From the NCBI GenBank assembly GCA_038207085.1, contig JBBRAE010000044.1, positions 1-19,949 on the forward strand: 19,949 nt of DNA. Direction: 5' to 3'. Source of the DNA: Armatimonadota bacterium (GTDB taxonomy: Bacteria > Armatimonadota > UBA5829 > DTLH01). The first letter of the stretch is position 1. Each line of letters begins with the position of its first letter. A program made the translations under genes and the position numbers. The notes under the pieces are model-generated. The model saw only the letters and a list, made by a program, of their open reading frames with translations, was not told the DNA's origin and did not search any database. This document shows positions 8,050-16,820 of the stretch, one piece after another.

Positions 8050-8533
8050 CTACCACTCAATCGGTGTAATTGGAATGATCGGTTCGGCATCCCGGTAGTA
8101 GAACCCAGCGCTCGAGTAATTCCAGGCACAAGGATCATCAACAAAGCCGGCTCTCACGGGATTGTTGTGAATGTAATCACACTTCTGCTTGAAAAACTTT
8201 TCCGAGTAAAGCTGCTCGGGGTGAAATGCGTCGACCCACACCTTGGCTTGCGAGTCCGAATCCGCAGCGTTGCGCACAGCTCGCAGTCAAACGCTTGAGG
8301 TCTCCTATAACGTGTGAAAGCTTCCCCTCAGGTTGAGAGCAGATTGCATGGAAGTGGTTTGGCATGAAGACAAAGGAGTGGACGTTCAGCCCGCGACTCT
8401 TGATGCAGTAGCAGAAACTGTCAGATAGAACCTTGAAGTAGTCTCCTCGATTGAAGACCGGCATCCAGTGGATGACGGTGCTTGTGATAAAGTGCAAGCC
8501 GTCTTGTTCGTAGACTTTGAAGTGTTCAGGCAT
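8050..8533 (-). pseudogene. REP-associated tyrosine transposase (RAYT, Y1 HUH family), frameshifted
   Basis: N-terminal half (LHFITSTV, VFMPNHFH HUH motif, DLKRLTA) and C-terminal half (KVW...H, KCDYIHNNPVRAG, WNYSSA) are in different frames, with the junction at about 8282-8286; SD-like aggggtgg before ATG 8533. Confidence 0.9.
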
Positions 8534-8595
8534 TGAGACCACCCCTTGACATTATTCTACAGGTGAATGGTGATCTCCTGCCTGAGTTTCTCGGG

Positions 8596-8643
8596 CGGAT
8601 AGAATCCGCGGAACGGGATCGGGGACGGATTCCCCCGATCAAC
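8596..8643 (-). repeat. RAYT-flanking REP-like end, copy 2 (inverted)
   Basis: Minus strand GTTG-atcggggga-atccg-tccccgat-cccgttccgcggattctatccg. Confidence 0.85.
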
Positions 8644-8678
8644 GAGATTCCCAGACCACCGAGAAACGTCCAAGCGGC

Positions 8679-8814
8679 GAAATGGGTGCAATTGGCAAAT
8701 TGCACCCATTTCAGAAGTTGCCTGGTTACAAGGCCGCTTTCTAACCCGCATTATTCACGAGTAGCGTGAATAATGCTCTGTTAGCGAAAGCTTTATTCGC
8801 TTCACGAATAAAGC
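8679..8814. repeat. Cluster of three perfect hairpins
   Basis: 15-bp stem at 8679-8712, 12-bp stem at 8748-8776 and 10-bp stem at 8790-8814; the last two share TTATTC/GAATAA arms. Confidence 0.75.
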
Positions 8815-8817
8815 GGG

Positions 8818-9357
8818 CTAACGTTCGTCCATTGTCCTGCCGTTATGCTGACGGAAAGTGTCGTGGATCTCGTCGACGTCCGTGGAAGAGCCCGCTGGGA
8901 CGTTTACACTGATAAACGTCATGCCGCTTTTTACATCCTGCGCGTATCTCTCTGATTCTTCTTTGCCGTAGCCGATATTTGTAAGCGCGCCTGCGAGTGT
9001 GCCCGCGGTTCCTCCGACGATTGCTCCTGATGCGATTGCGCCGGCGGTGGTCCCGAGAGCGGTTGCAAGCCAACCGGCTGTGATGAACGGCCCGATTCCG
9101 GGGATAGCCAGAGCCGCAAGACCAAACAGGGCACCGACTCCAGCTCCAGTCATAGCTCCTTTTCCAGCATCCTTGCCAACATCTTTAGCTTCTTCGGCTC
9201 GGTCCTTTCGCTCTGCTCCCACCGAGGCCTGCACCTGCTCATCGGAAGCCATTATGGCAATATCATCATCACTGATACCGTTATCTCTCAACCACCGGTA
9301 TGCGTTCTCAGCATCATCAGCATTCTGGAATGTAGCGGAAACTCTTTGATAGTCCAT
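8818..9357 (-). CDS. General-stress-protein-like membrane protein (YflT-like N-terminus plus glycine zipper), 179 aa
   Basis: VSATF...AENAYRWL...GISDDDIAIM, GAMTGAGVGALFGLAALAIPGIGPFITAG, Y...VKSG..FISV; SD gaggag. Confidence 0.85.
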   Translation of the reverse strand: MDYQRVSATFQNADDAENAYRWLRDNGISDDDIAIMASDEQVQASVGAERKDRAEEAKDVGKDAGKGAMTGAGVGALFGLAALAIPGIGPFITAGWLATALGTTAGAIASGAIVGGTAGTLAGALTNIGYGKEESERYAQDVKSGMTFISVNVPAGSSTDVDEIHDTFRQHNGRTMDER

Positions 9358-9476
9358 TGAATACTCCTCTGTATGTTAAGCGTTTTGCCACACTATACCC
9401 ATATTCTGGCGTGCTGGCACCTAAAGAACCAGAAATATTGTCCACCCTTGACGGTGGCACTCCGGCGGCGTTGCCC

Positions 9477-9603
9477 GTTGGTCGGGGGAATCCGTCCCCC
9501 GATCCCGTTCCGCGGAATCTATCCGCCAGCCCAAGCTATAGCCTGCCACTCAATGGGACTAATTGGAAAGATCGGCTCGGCATCCCGGTAGTAGAACCCA
9601 GCG
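9477..9603 (-). pseudogene. Second RAYT remnant: REP end plus 3' tip of a paralogous rayt gene
   Basis: 127-bp ungapped direct repeat of 7984-8110 with 12 mismatches by manual count; encodes AGFYYRDAEPIFPISPIEW versus AGFYYRDAEPIIPITPIEW. Confidence 0.9.
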
Positions 9604-9791
9604 GACTGGCTTCAAGAGTCTGGGTTGTGCAAGTTGGGGCGTAGCATCTATGGATTTTCGGCAGATAACTTAACGGTCATCCACTGAGTCTAAAGCACGA
9701 AAATCAATAGTGCTCCATCAAGCTAGCTCTACGCGGTCTCGGCAAACAGCTTATTGGGCTTGATCATTGAATGGCACCTGGCAAACAACGC

Positions 9792-10502
9792 TCACTCCCC
9801 GAGCTGCGCCATCCCCATCCTCTCTCGCCCTGTCGGGCAGAGCTCAAGCACGGGGCACTGGTCGCACCGCGGCGTCGGGGCCTTGCAGATGGCGCGACCG
9901 TGGGAAACTAGGAGGTGGTTCAGCTCGGTCCAGTGGCGCTCGGGGACGACTTTCATAAGGTCGAACTCGATCTTGGTTGGGTCGGTGTTGGATGTGAGGC
10001 CGAGCCGCTGGGAGAGGCGCGTGACGTGGGTGTCGACTACCATGCCCGGTGTGTCGAAGCACTCGCCGAGGACGAGGTTCGCGGTCTTTCGCCCCACACC
10101 GCGAAGAGTCGTGAGCTCCGCAAGCGTGCCGGGGACCTCGCCGCCGAACTTCGCCATTATGTCCTGAGAGGCCTCGATGATCGAGCGCGACTTTTGGCGG
10201 AAAAACCCCGTCGAGCGAATGATCTCCTGAATATCCTCCTCGCGCGCCTCGGCAAAGCTCTGGATCGTCGGGTAACGCTCGAAAAGCCCCGGTGTCACCA
10301 TATTGACCCGCTCGTCGGTGCACTGCGCGGCAAGGATCGTCGCCACCATCAGGCGAAACGCGTTACGCGGCTCAAGCGAGCACTTTGCGTCGGGGTAGGT
10401 CGCCTGCAAAATCTCGATGATCCCAAGCGCGCGCCCGGTCTTCCGCTCCAGTGGTTCGCTCTCGCTAGACCAGTTGGTCGGTCCGGCCTTGGGCTTCGCC
10501 AT
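9792..10502 (-). CDS. nth: Endonuclease III
   Basis: LMVATILAAQCTDERVN, HhH motif LRGVGRKTAN, VVDTHV, Fe-S cluster motif C-x6-C-x2-C-x5-C. Confidence 0.97.
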   Translation of the reverse strand: MAKPKAGPTNWSSESEPLERKTGRALGIIEILQATYPDAKCSLEPRNAFRLMVATILAAQCTDERVNMVTPGLFERYPTIQSFAEAREEDIQEIIRSTGFFRQKSRSIIEASQDIMAKFGGEVPGTLAELTTLRGVGRKTANLVLGECFDTPGMVVDTHVTRLSQRLGLTSNTDPTKIEFDLMKVVPERHWTELNHLLVSHGRAICKAPTPRCDQCPVLELCPTGRERMGMAQLGE

Positions 10503-10503
10503 A

Positions 10504-10656
10504 TCAGTCTTTCTTCTGAAGATGCCGCGCGCACGCCGGAAGCGAGTCGATGCTCAGATGAAACGCCAAACACTCGCAGCACTTGCCCTTGCGCTCGCAG
10601 TTAGCCGAGCCGCAGTTGCAGACTTCCAGATTCTTCTTCACATTCTCACAAGCCAT
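10504..10656 (-). CDS. Small Cys-rich protein, 50 aa, DUF6485-like; not in the ORF track
   Basis: MACENVKKNLEVCNCGSANCERKGKCCECLAFHLSIDSLPACARHLQKKD; SD aaggag; stop codon 1 nt before the nth ATG. Confidence 0.85.
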   Translation of the reverse strand: MACENVKKNLEVCNCGSANCERKGKCCECLAFHLSIDSLPACARHLQKKD

Positions 10657-10754
10657 AATTTTCTCCTTCGTAGAACGGTCTTACTAGCCCCTAACCCCCA
10701 GCCCATATCCCCTGAACTAGTGGGTCACTTGGCATAAAATCAGCCATTGTTGTT

Positions 10755-10809
10755 GGGTGGCGATTTCCGAATCGCCACCCCAAAGCTAAGACGGGATTTC
10801 CGAATCCCG
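10755..10809. repeat. Two REP-like hairpins sharing the core GATTTCCGAATC
   Basis: gggtggcgatt-tccg-aatcgccaccc (10755-10780) and cgggatt-tccg-aatcccg (10792-10809), downstream of mreD. Confidence 0.7.
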
Positions 10810-10837
10810 AATGGCGTAATGCATGGCAATTTACCCA

Positions 10838-11332
10838 CTAGAGTCGCGCCGACGCCATCTTGATCTTTCGCCTTATCTCGGTCCAGCGCAGGAACCAGAA
10901 GACAAAGATCGTAAGCAGGCTGTCGTAAAGCGATTTTGCCAAAATCATGTTGACCCCGCCGATCAGGTCCGGGGTGGGGTTTGCGAGCAAAAATATGAAC
11001 TCACCGGCAAATGTCAGCCCACCCGCGGCAAGCACGGGGACTACGGGGTTGTCGGAAAACAGCCGCACCGTCAGGCTTCCCGCCGCGTAGCCGATGATCG
11101 TGCGCGTCACGATGAAGCTTCCCAGGCTCTCCCCGGTGATCGCGCCGTGCACCAGCCCCGCGACAAACCCAAGCACCGCGCCGGTTGCGGGGTCGAGGGT
11201 AAGCGCGGTTGCGATCAGGGCGACCAAAATCAAGTCCGGCTGGCCTCCCTTGATGATCAGCCAATCGGGCAGATTCCCCTGAATCGCGGCGGCGAGCAGG
11301 ATCAAAAGCGAGGGGAGCAGGTAGCGCTGCAT
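10838..11332 (-). CDS. mreD: Rod shape-determining protein MreD
   Basis: Hydrophobic 164-aa protein with QPDLILVAL and GFVAGLVHG..G motifs, directly after mreC. Confidence 0.93.
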   Translation of the reverse strand: MQRYLLPSLLILLAAAIQGNLPDWLIIKGGQPDLILVALIATALTLDPATGAVLGFVAGLVHGAITGESLGSFIVTRTIIGYAAGSLTVRLFSDNPVVPVLAAGGLTFAGEFIFLLANPTPDLIGGVNMILAKSLYDSLLTIFVFWFLRWTEIRRKIKMASARL

Positions 11333-11335
11333 CGG

Positions 11336-12166
11336 CTATTCCACCTTCCGCAGCACGACATAGACCTCTTCGGCGCGATCGAACTTGACGCTTGGGGAAA
11401 GTATTGCCGACTTGATAAACCCGCCGCTCTCAGGGACGACCTTCAGCACCCGTCCAAGCGGCAATCCCTTGGGGACGACTCCGCCCTGACCGCTTGTGAC
11501 GATCACATCGCCGGGCTTGATGTCGGCGTCTTTTGCGAGGTAGGTCAGGTGCAGATACTCGGGATCCTGCTGGTTGATGCAGATACCGACCGCCCGCGAA
11601 CGCTGGACCATCGCCCCGACCCCGCTGTGTCCCTCGGGGTCAGACCTGCTGATCTGTGCGGTCGTCGGCGAAACGGTGATGACCTGTCCGAGAAACCCCC
11701 AGGGGGTGATGACGGCCTGCCCCGGCTGGATGCCTGCGGACTTGCCGCGGTCGATCGTCGCTGTGATGAACCACTCGCTCGGGTTGCGGGAGATGATGCG
11801 CGCGCCGACGAGCCTGTCCGGGCTCTTTGCTTTCAGCCCAAGCGCCGCCCGCAACCGTTTTGCCTCGCCTGAGTCTTCGCGAAGCCGCTGCACTTCCATA
11901 TTGAGGGTGCGCACCTGCGCGCGAAGCTGCTCGTTTTCCCTCATAAGCGAGCTTCGAGGTCGAGCTGTGTGCGCGGCGGCGTCTCCGACCCGGATCACTC
12001 CGCTCACGGCCTGCTGAAGCGGCTTCAGAACGACCCGAACGACGTTTTCGGGGAAGAACGACGCGTTTCGCTCCTCAGCCCTGTTGTGCGCGCCGCCCAT
12101 TACCATGCCGAGCATGACCAGGGCGGCGAGCACCGTTATCTTGCTGTTGCGCAGAAAATGAAGCAT
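11336..12166 (-). CDS. mreC: Rod shape-determining protein MreC
   Basis: N-terminal TM segment, coiled coil (ENEQLR), TIDRG..AGI, GDVIVTSGQGGVVPKGLPLG. Confidence 0.96.
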   Translation of the reverse strand: MLHFLRNSKITVLAALVMLGMVMGGAHNRAEERNASFFPENVVRVVLKPLQQAVSGVIRVGDAAAHTARPRSSLMRENEQLRAQVRTLNMEVQRLREDSGEAKRLRAALGLKAKSPDRLVGARIISRNPSEWFITATIDRGKSAGIQPGQAVITPWGFLGQVITVSPTTAQISRSDPEGHSGVGAMVQRSRAVGICINQQDPEYLHLTYLAKDADIKPGDVIVTSGQGGVVPKGLPLGRVLKVVPESGGFIKSAILSPSVKFDRAEEVYVVLRKVE

Positions 12167-12191
12167 GAAGACTCCGTGACTATGGCTGGGT

Positions 12192-13337
<1,146 letters not shown>

Positions 13338-13395
13338 GAAAGTTATGCTGAGGTGTAATGATTATGTTTCAGGGGCTTGTTGGGGAACCCATGAT

Positions 13396-13498
13396 GGGCA
13401 GGGAGATTGCTCCCTGCCCTATGTATGCGGGGCATTTGCCCCCGAACCCATTATCAAATTGAGCGATATGCTTTGGGACACGCCTTTTTGTCCCGAAG
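13396..13498. repeat. Three adjacent GC-rich hairpins
   Basis: gggcagggag-attg-ctccctgccc (13396-13419), cggggca-tt-tgccccc, and ctttgggaca-cgcctttt-tgtcccgaag (13471-13498). Confidence 0.55.
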
Positions 13499-13591
13499 CC
13501 AACCTACCGACCATGCCAAAATCACGTAGTAGTTATTCTAAAACTGTTAACCCTCCCCCTCTTGTCATAGGTGATTTCCAGCACTTCACCA

Positions 13592-13684
13592 TCAGTATTT
13601 GGTAGGCCGTGTGCGGAGTTCGGTTGTCTTCTCACCTGATGCAATGCGGTTTGCTGCACGTTGTCTTACGAAAAGTGCTTTCAT
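13592..13684 (-). pseudogene. Truncated ASCH-domain protein, 30 aa; not in the ORF track
   Basis: MKALFVRQRAANRIASGEKTTELRTRPTKY* matches the ASCH N-terminal pattern (MKALS.RQP.A..I..GxKxxExR); SD aggag present; no recognisable continuation. Confidence 0.75.
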
Positions 13685-13838
13685 AATTCTCCTAATTGCG
13701 CAACGAGAACTTGGTTCTCCTGTGACTCTAGGATGGAGCATTCCAAAACACATTCGTAGGCAAATGCTACAAGCGTTTTTGTTGGGGTGGGGTTGGGTGG
13801 AATGGTTGTGCCCACTCCACCCTGCGCGCGTTGGGAGC

Positions 13839-14873
13839 TTAACGCTTGCGTCGCTTCAAAGTGAAGAGTGATGTAAGTCCACCAATCAAGGTTATGATCG
13901 TGGCAGGCTCAGGAACAGGAAGGGCAACGACACGAAAGCCGACTTGCTCGACCTGCCAGGTCGGATCGTGGTAGGTTCTGTGCGATGCATCAAGATTGAG
14001 CGAGCTCTGCCGAGTGGTGTCACCAAATGAATCACCACGTAGGCCGTGAGTGGGTGAATAAAAATACGGATCATTACCAGAAGTTTCGTTCCACTCATAG
14101 ACATTACCAGCTTGGTCGAATGTGGCGTAGGCGCTCTCTGAGTTCTCGTGCGCGCCTACTTCGGTCATGTAGTAGGGATTACCAACGGTATAACTGCCAT
14201 AATAGTAGGTTGCGTTATTGCCCGGGTCTGTGCCGGTTGCCAGGGTGTTGCTCGGCCTGGTGTTACTTTGAGTGGGATACTTCCAATATATGTTTGTCGT
14301 GGGGTCATGGTATGCTGCCTTATACCACTCATCCTCGCTTGAGATAGCCCACTTAGCCTCGACGTTTCGCTGAATCGCGTCACTGGCTAACCCGTTGCAG
14401 TCATTGAGTGTATATGCACCGGTTTCTGTATCGCCATCTCCCTGACCATTGTGGAGCCAGTTGGTAAATCGGCAGGCGCTCCAGTAGGACACATAGTTCA
14501 CGGGTCTATTGGCTCGATTAGAGGCTACCGAATAACTGTAGTTGCCATTGGCACCACTGCGCTGAATCTTGCAACCATAATAATAATCTCCCCACATCGC
14601 AGGATAGTAAAGCCCATAAGTGTCGGTCTGAGCTTTATGGTTGAGAAAGTCAACATACTGGGCAGCGGTAACCTCGTATTTGCCGATCTGATAAGTGTAG
14701 GCGACAGCTCCATTGTGACCTGTGTGGATGTCATCGGACGAGTTTTCTGGGTTTCCCACCGTCACCATCCCCAAGTTCGTAAGCCCTGGCCCAAGGTTGA
14801 ATACGTCCGCCTGAGCAAGGATGCCCAGGCACAGCAGCGACAAGGCTGCCAGAGGTAAAAGAATACCCCTCAT
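13839..14873 (-). CDS. SUMF1/FGE-sulfatase-fold secreted protein with a PEP-CTERM sorting signal
   Basis: Signal peptide, IGKYEVT..QY, RPVNYVS, SEDEWYKAA, DQAGNVYEW, VGFRVV, then VPEP + TM segment + KRRKR; SD gggagg. Confidence 0.93.
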   Translation of the reverse strand: MRGILLPLAALSLLCLGILAQADVFNLGPGLTNLGMVTVGNPENSSDDIHTGHNGAVAYTYQIGKYEVTAAQYVDFLNHKAQTDTYGLYYPAMWGDYYYGCKIQRSGANGNYSYSVASNRANRPVNYVSYWSACRFTNWLHNGQGDGDTETGAYTLNDCNGLASDAIQRNVEAKWAISSEDEWYKAAYHDPTTNIYWKYPTQSNTRPSNTLATGTDPGNNATYYYGSYTVGNPYYMTEVGAHENSESAYATFDQAGNVYEWNETSGNDPYFYSPTHGLRGDSFGDTTRQSSLNLDASHRTYHDPTWQVEQVGFRVVALPVPEPATIITLIGGLTSLFTLKRRKR

Positions 14874-14969
14874 ATCTTTTTCCTCCCGTTTTCCGCAAAG
14901 GCTGGGGAGCTTCTTTGAGTCCCCTCAGACTGCGGGTGTTGTGTTTGCCTGCTATGCAGGCTCTATAGA

Positions 14970-14998
14970 ATAATGTGCCACATGTAGAGCATTGTCAA
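14970..14998 (-). promoter_or_regulatory. Probable promoter of the PEP-CTERM gene
   Basis: TTGACA (14998-14993)-N17-CATTAT. Confidence 0.45.
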
Positions 14999-15108
14999 CT
15001 GACAATCGCCCACAAACGGGGAAACATGATATCATATTCAGTAAGTCAGCCACATCAACTGCACAGTCTGTGTAAGTTTGGAGTCAAGAGGGCGCGGGTA
15101 AATTTATT

Positions 15109-15825
15109 ATGACTGGACATTTTAGAAACTGGGTGGATTTGATCCGAAAGGGTGCGCTTGGGGCGCTTATGGCGGTTGTCGCTGTGATTGCCACCGGGTG
15201 CGGCGGACGGATCGTTTCCGGCCCCATTGAAAAAGGAATAAGGGAAAAGCTTCCTGAGCTGATCGGACCGGCGAAGTCCTATCAGGTGAATGTGGACGGG
15301 TCGGCGTCCAAGATGATGCACGGCAAGATCAAGAAGATCGATATCCGCGGCGTGGACGTGAAGGTGTCGCCGGGGCTCGTGGTGAGCGATCTTCACGTCG
15401 TGCTCTCGGACGTTGTCGCCGATACCAAAAGCGGCGACCTGAAAAGCGTCGGAGCAACGGTTTTCGATGCGACTGTGACCGAAGACTCGCTCAATCGCTT
15501 CCTCGCCGAGACGAGGGAAGATAAGATGCGTGCGCAGATGCTCGATGGCCGGATGGTCGTCGTCGCAGAGCCGAGCGTGCTTGGCTTGGCCGTTTCCGTC
15601 AGGGTTACAGGGCGGCTCGTTCCAAACGGTAGCGTGCTCAACTATAAGGTGGATCAGCTCAAGGTGGTCGGTATCAAAACCCCTTCGCTCGCGGTGCGGA
15701 TGGTCGAAGACGAGGTGAACCCCGTGATCGACCTTGCGACTCCGCAGTTCGCGCCGTTGATCGAGACTGTCGAGATCAAGCCGGGCGTCGTGCGGATTGT
15801 GGGGACGGCGGCACTCGGCAAGTGA
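15109..15825 (+). CDS. DUF2993/LmeA-like lipoprotein
   Basis: Lipobox-like IATGC; pattern G.IKKIDIRGVDV...DLHVVL.DV...ATVTEDSLNRFL. Start codon uncertain. Confidence 0.75.
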   Translation: MTGHFRNWVDLIRKGALGALMAVVAVIATGCGGRIVSGPIEKGIREKLPELIGPAKSYQVNVDGSASKMMHGKIKKIDIRGVDVKVSPGLVVSDLHVVLSDVVADTKSGDLKSVGATVFDATVTEDSLNRFLAETREDKMRAQMLDGRMVVVAEPSVLGLAVSVRVTGRLVPNGSVLNYKVDQLKVVGIKTPSLAVRMVEDEVNPVIDLATPQFAPLIETVEIKPGVVRIVGTAALGK

Positions 15826-15909
15826 GCGGCGAAAGTCGCTCGTAAGGGTTGTGACAAAGCCTATCGCAGCACAAACGGCACGCTACTACCGGCTTCGTCA
15901 CAACGAGAC

Positions 15910-15935
15910 GCAAATGGCAAAAGAACGCCATTTGC
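15910..15935 (+). repeat. Third copy of the AAATGGC/GCCATTT palindrome
   Basis: gcaaatggc-aaaagaac-gccatttgc, immediately before SD aaggag. Confidence 0.75.
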
Positions 15936-15951
15936 AAAGGAGTGACATGCC

Positions 15952-16107
15952 ATGTACACGCTGTTGTGGGTCGTCATTGTGGCGCTGTTTGTATTGTGGC
16001 TGGTCGGCCTCGGCGTGAACTGGGGCAGCTGGCTCTGGATACTCTTTGTAGTAGCCGTTGTCCTTCTGTTGTTCAACCTGTTCACGGGCCGTAGAATCCC
16101 AATATGA
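15952..16107 (+). CDS. Small two-TM membrane protein, 51 aa, lmo0937/DUF5670-like; not in the ORF track
   Basis: MYTLLWVVIVALFVLWLVGLGVNWGSWLWILFVVAVVLLLFNLFTGRRIPI; SD aaggag. Confidence 0.85.
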   Translation: MYTLLWVVIVALFVLWLVGLGVNWGSWLWILFVVAVVLLLFNLFTGRRIPI

Positions 16108-16186
16108 CGGCAGAGCATTGTGTGGTAAAATGGGCAGCGGAAACTCTTTTCCGCTGCCCATTGTTGATTACAGGAAGCGTGTGGTG

Positions 16187-16768
16187 ATGATGACTCTTCG
16201 AGCTCCAAGACTGGTTAGCCTGCTGCTTGTCGTGATGGCCCTATCGGGGTGTTCGCTGAGTCCCGTCGGGACGACTTCTTCTTTGGCCGCGACCAGTTCG
16301 ACCAAACCACTCGCGCAGTGGCAGGTCTACTTCTCACCCAACGGCGGGGCAACCGAGGCGGTCGTGCGCACGCTTTCGAAGGCTAAGAAGACTGTGCTCG
16401 TGCAGGCGTATTCGTTCACCTCGGCGCCGATCGCAAAGGCGCTTCTTGAAGCCAAAAAGCGAGGCGTCGACGTTCGTGTCATACTCGACAAGGGTCAGAA
16501 AACGGCAAAATACTCGTCGGCTGACTTCTTCAGGAACACCGGCGTGCCGGTCTTTATCGACGACGCACACGCGATCGCGCACAACAAGATCATGATAATC
16601 GACGGCGTCACGGTCATCACGGGGTCGTTCAACTTCACCAAGGCCGCCGAGGAGCGCAACGCGGAGAATCTCTTGATTATTCGAGACAAGAAGCTCGCCC
16701 TGGCGTATACAAAGAACTGGAAGGAGCACTTCGCTCATTCCGAGCCGTACCGGGGTCGAAATCGCTGA
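16187..16768 (+). CDS. Phospholipase D-superfamily Nuc-like nuclease, lipoprotein
   Basis: Single HKD motif (HNKIMIID...TGSFNFT..AEERNAEN), VYFSP.GG, lipobox LSGC; start moved to ATG 16187/16190; extended -10 TGgTAAAAT near 16123 followed by a long hairpin. Confidence 0.92.
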   Translation: MMTLRAPRLVSLLLVVMALSGCSLSPVGTTSSLAATSSTKPLAQWQVYFSPNGGATEAVVRTLSKAKKTVLVQAYSFTSAPIAKALLEAKKRGVDVRVILDKGQKTAKYSSADFFRNTGVPVFIDDAHAIAHNKIMIIDGVTVITGSFNFTKAAEERNAENLLIIRDKKLALAYTKNWKEHFAHSEPYRGRNR

Positions 16769-16820
16769 CACGCTTGGTAGCTACTATATTGATTGACAAG
16801 TTTGAAATGGAGACTGATAG

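Noticed and set aside
8270..8300. Programmed ribosomal frameshift in the RAYT
   Set aside because: No slippery heptamer or A-run, and residues appear to be missing at the junction.
10823..11872. 349-aa plus-strand ORF
   Set aside because: Antisense shadow of mreC/mreD.
13839..14110. Diversity-generating retroelement target (FGE-type C-lectin fold)
   Set aside because: No template repeat with adenine-specific differences and no RT in the window; a remote DGR cannot be excluded.
14885..14955. c-di-GMP-I riboswitch (minus strand GGCAAAC...GGGACTCAAAG)
   Set aside because: Lacks the GNRA-capped P2 stem and the P3 receptor arm; only a simple leader hairpin is supported.
16769..16820. preQ1 riboswitch upstream of queC
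   Set aside because: No stem-loop with the A-rich tail of preQ1-I in the 52-bp gap.
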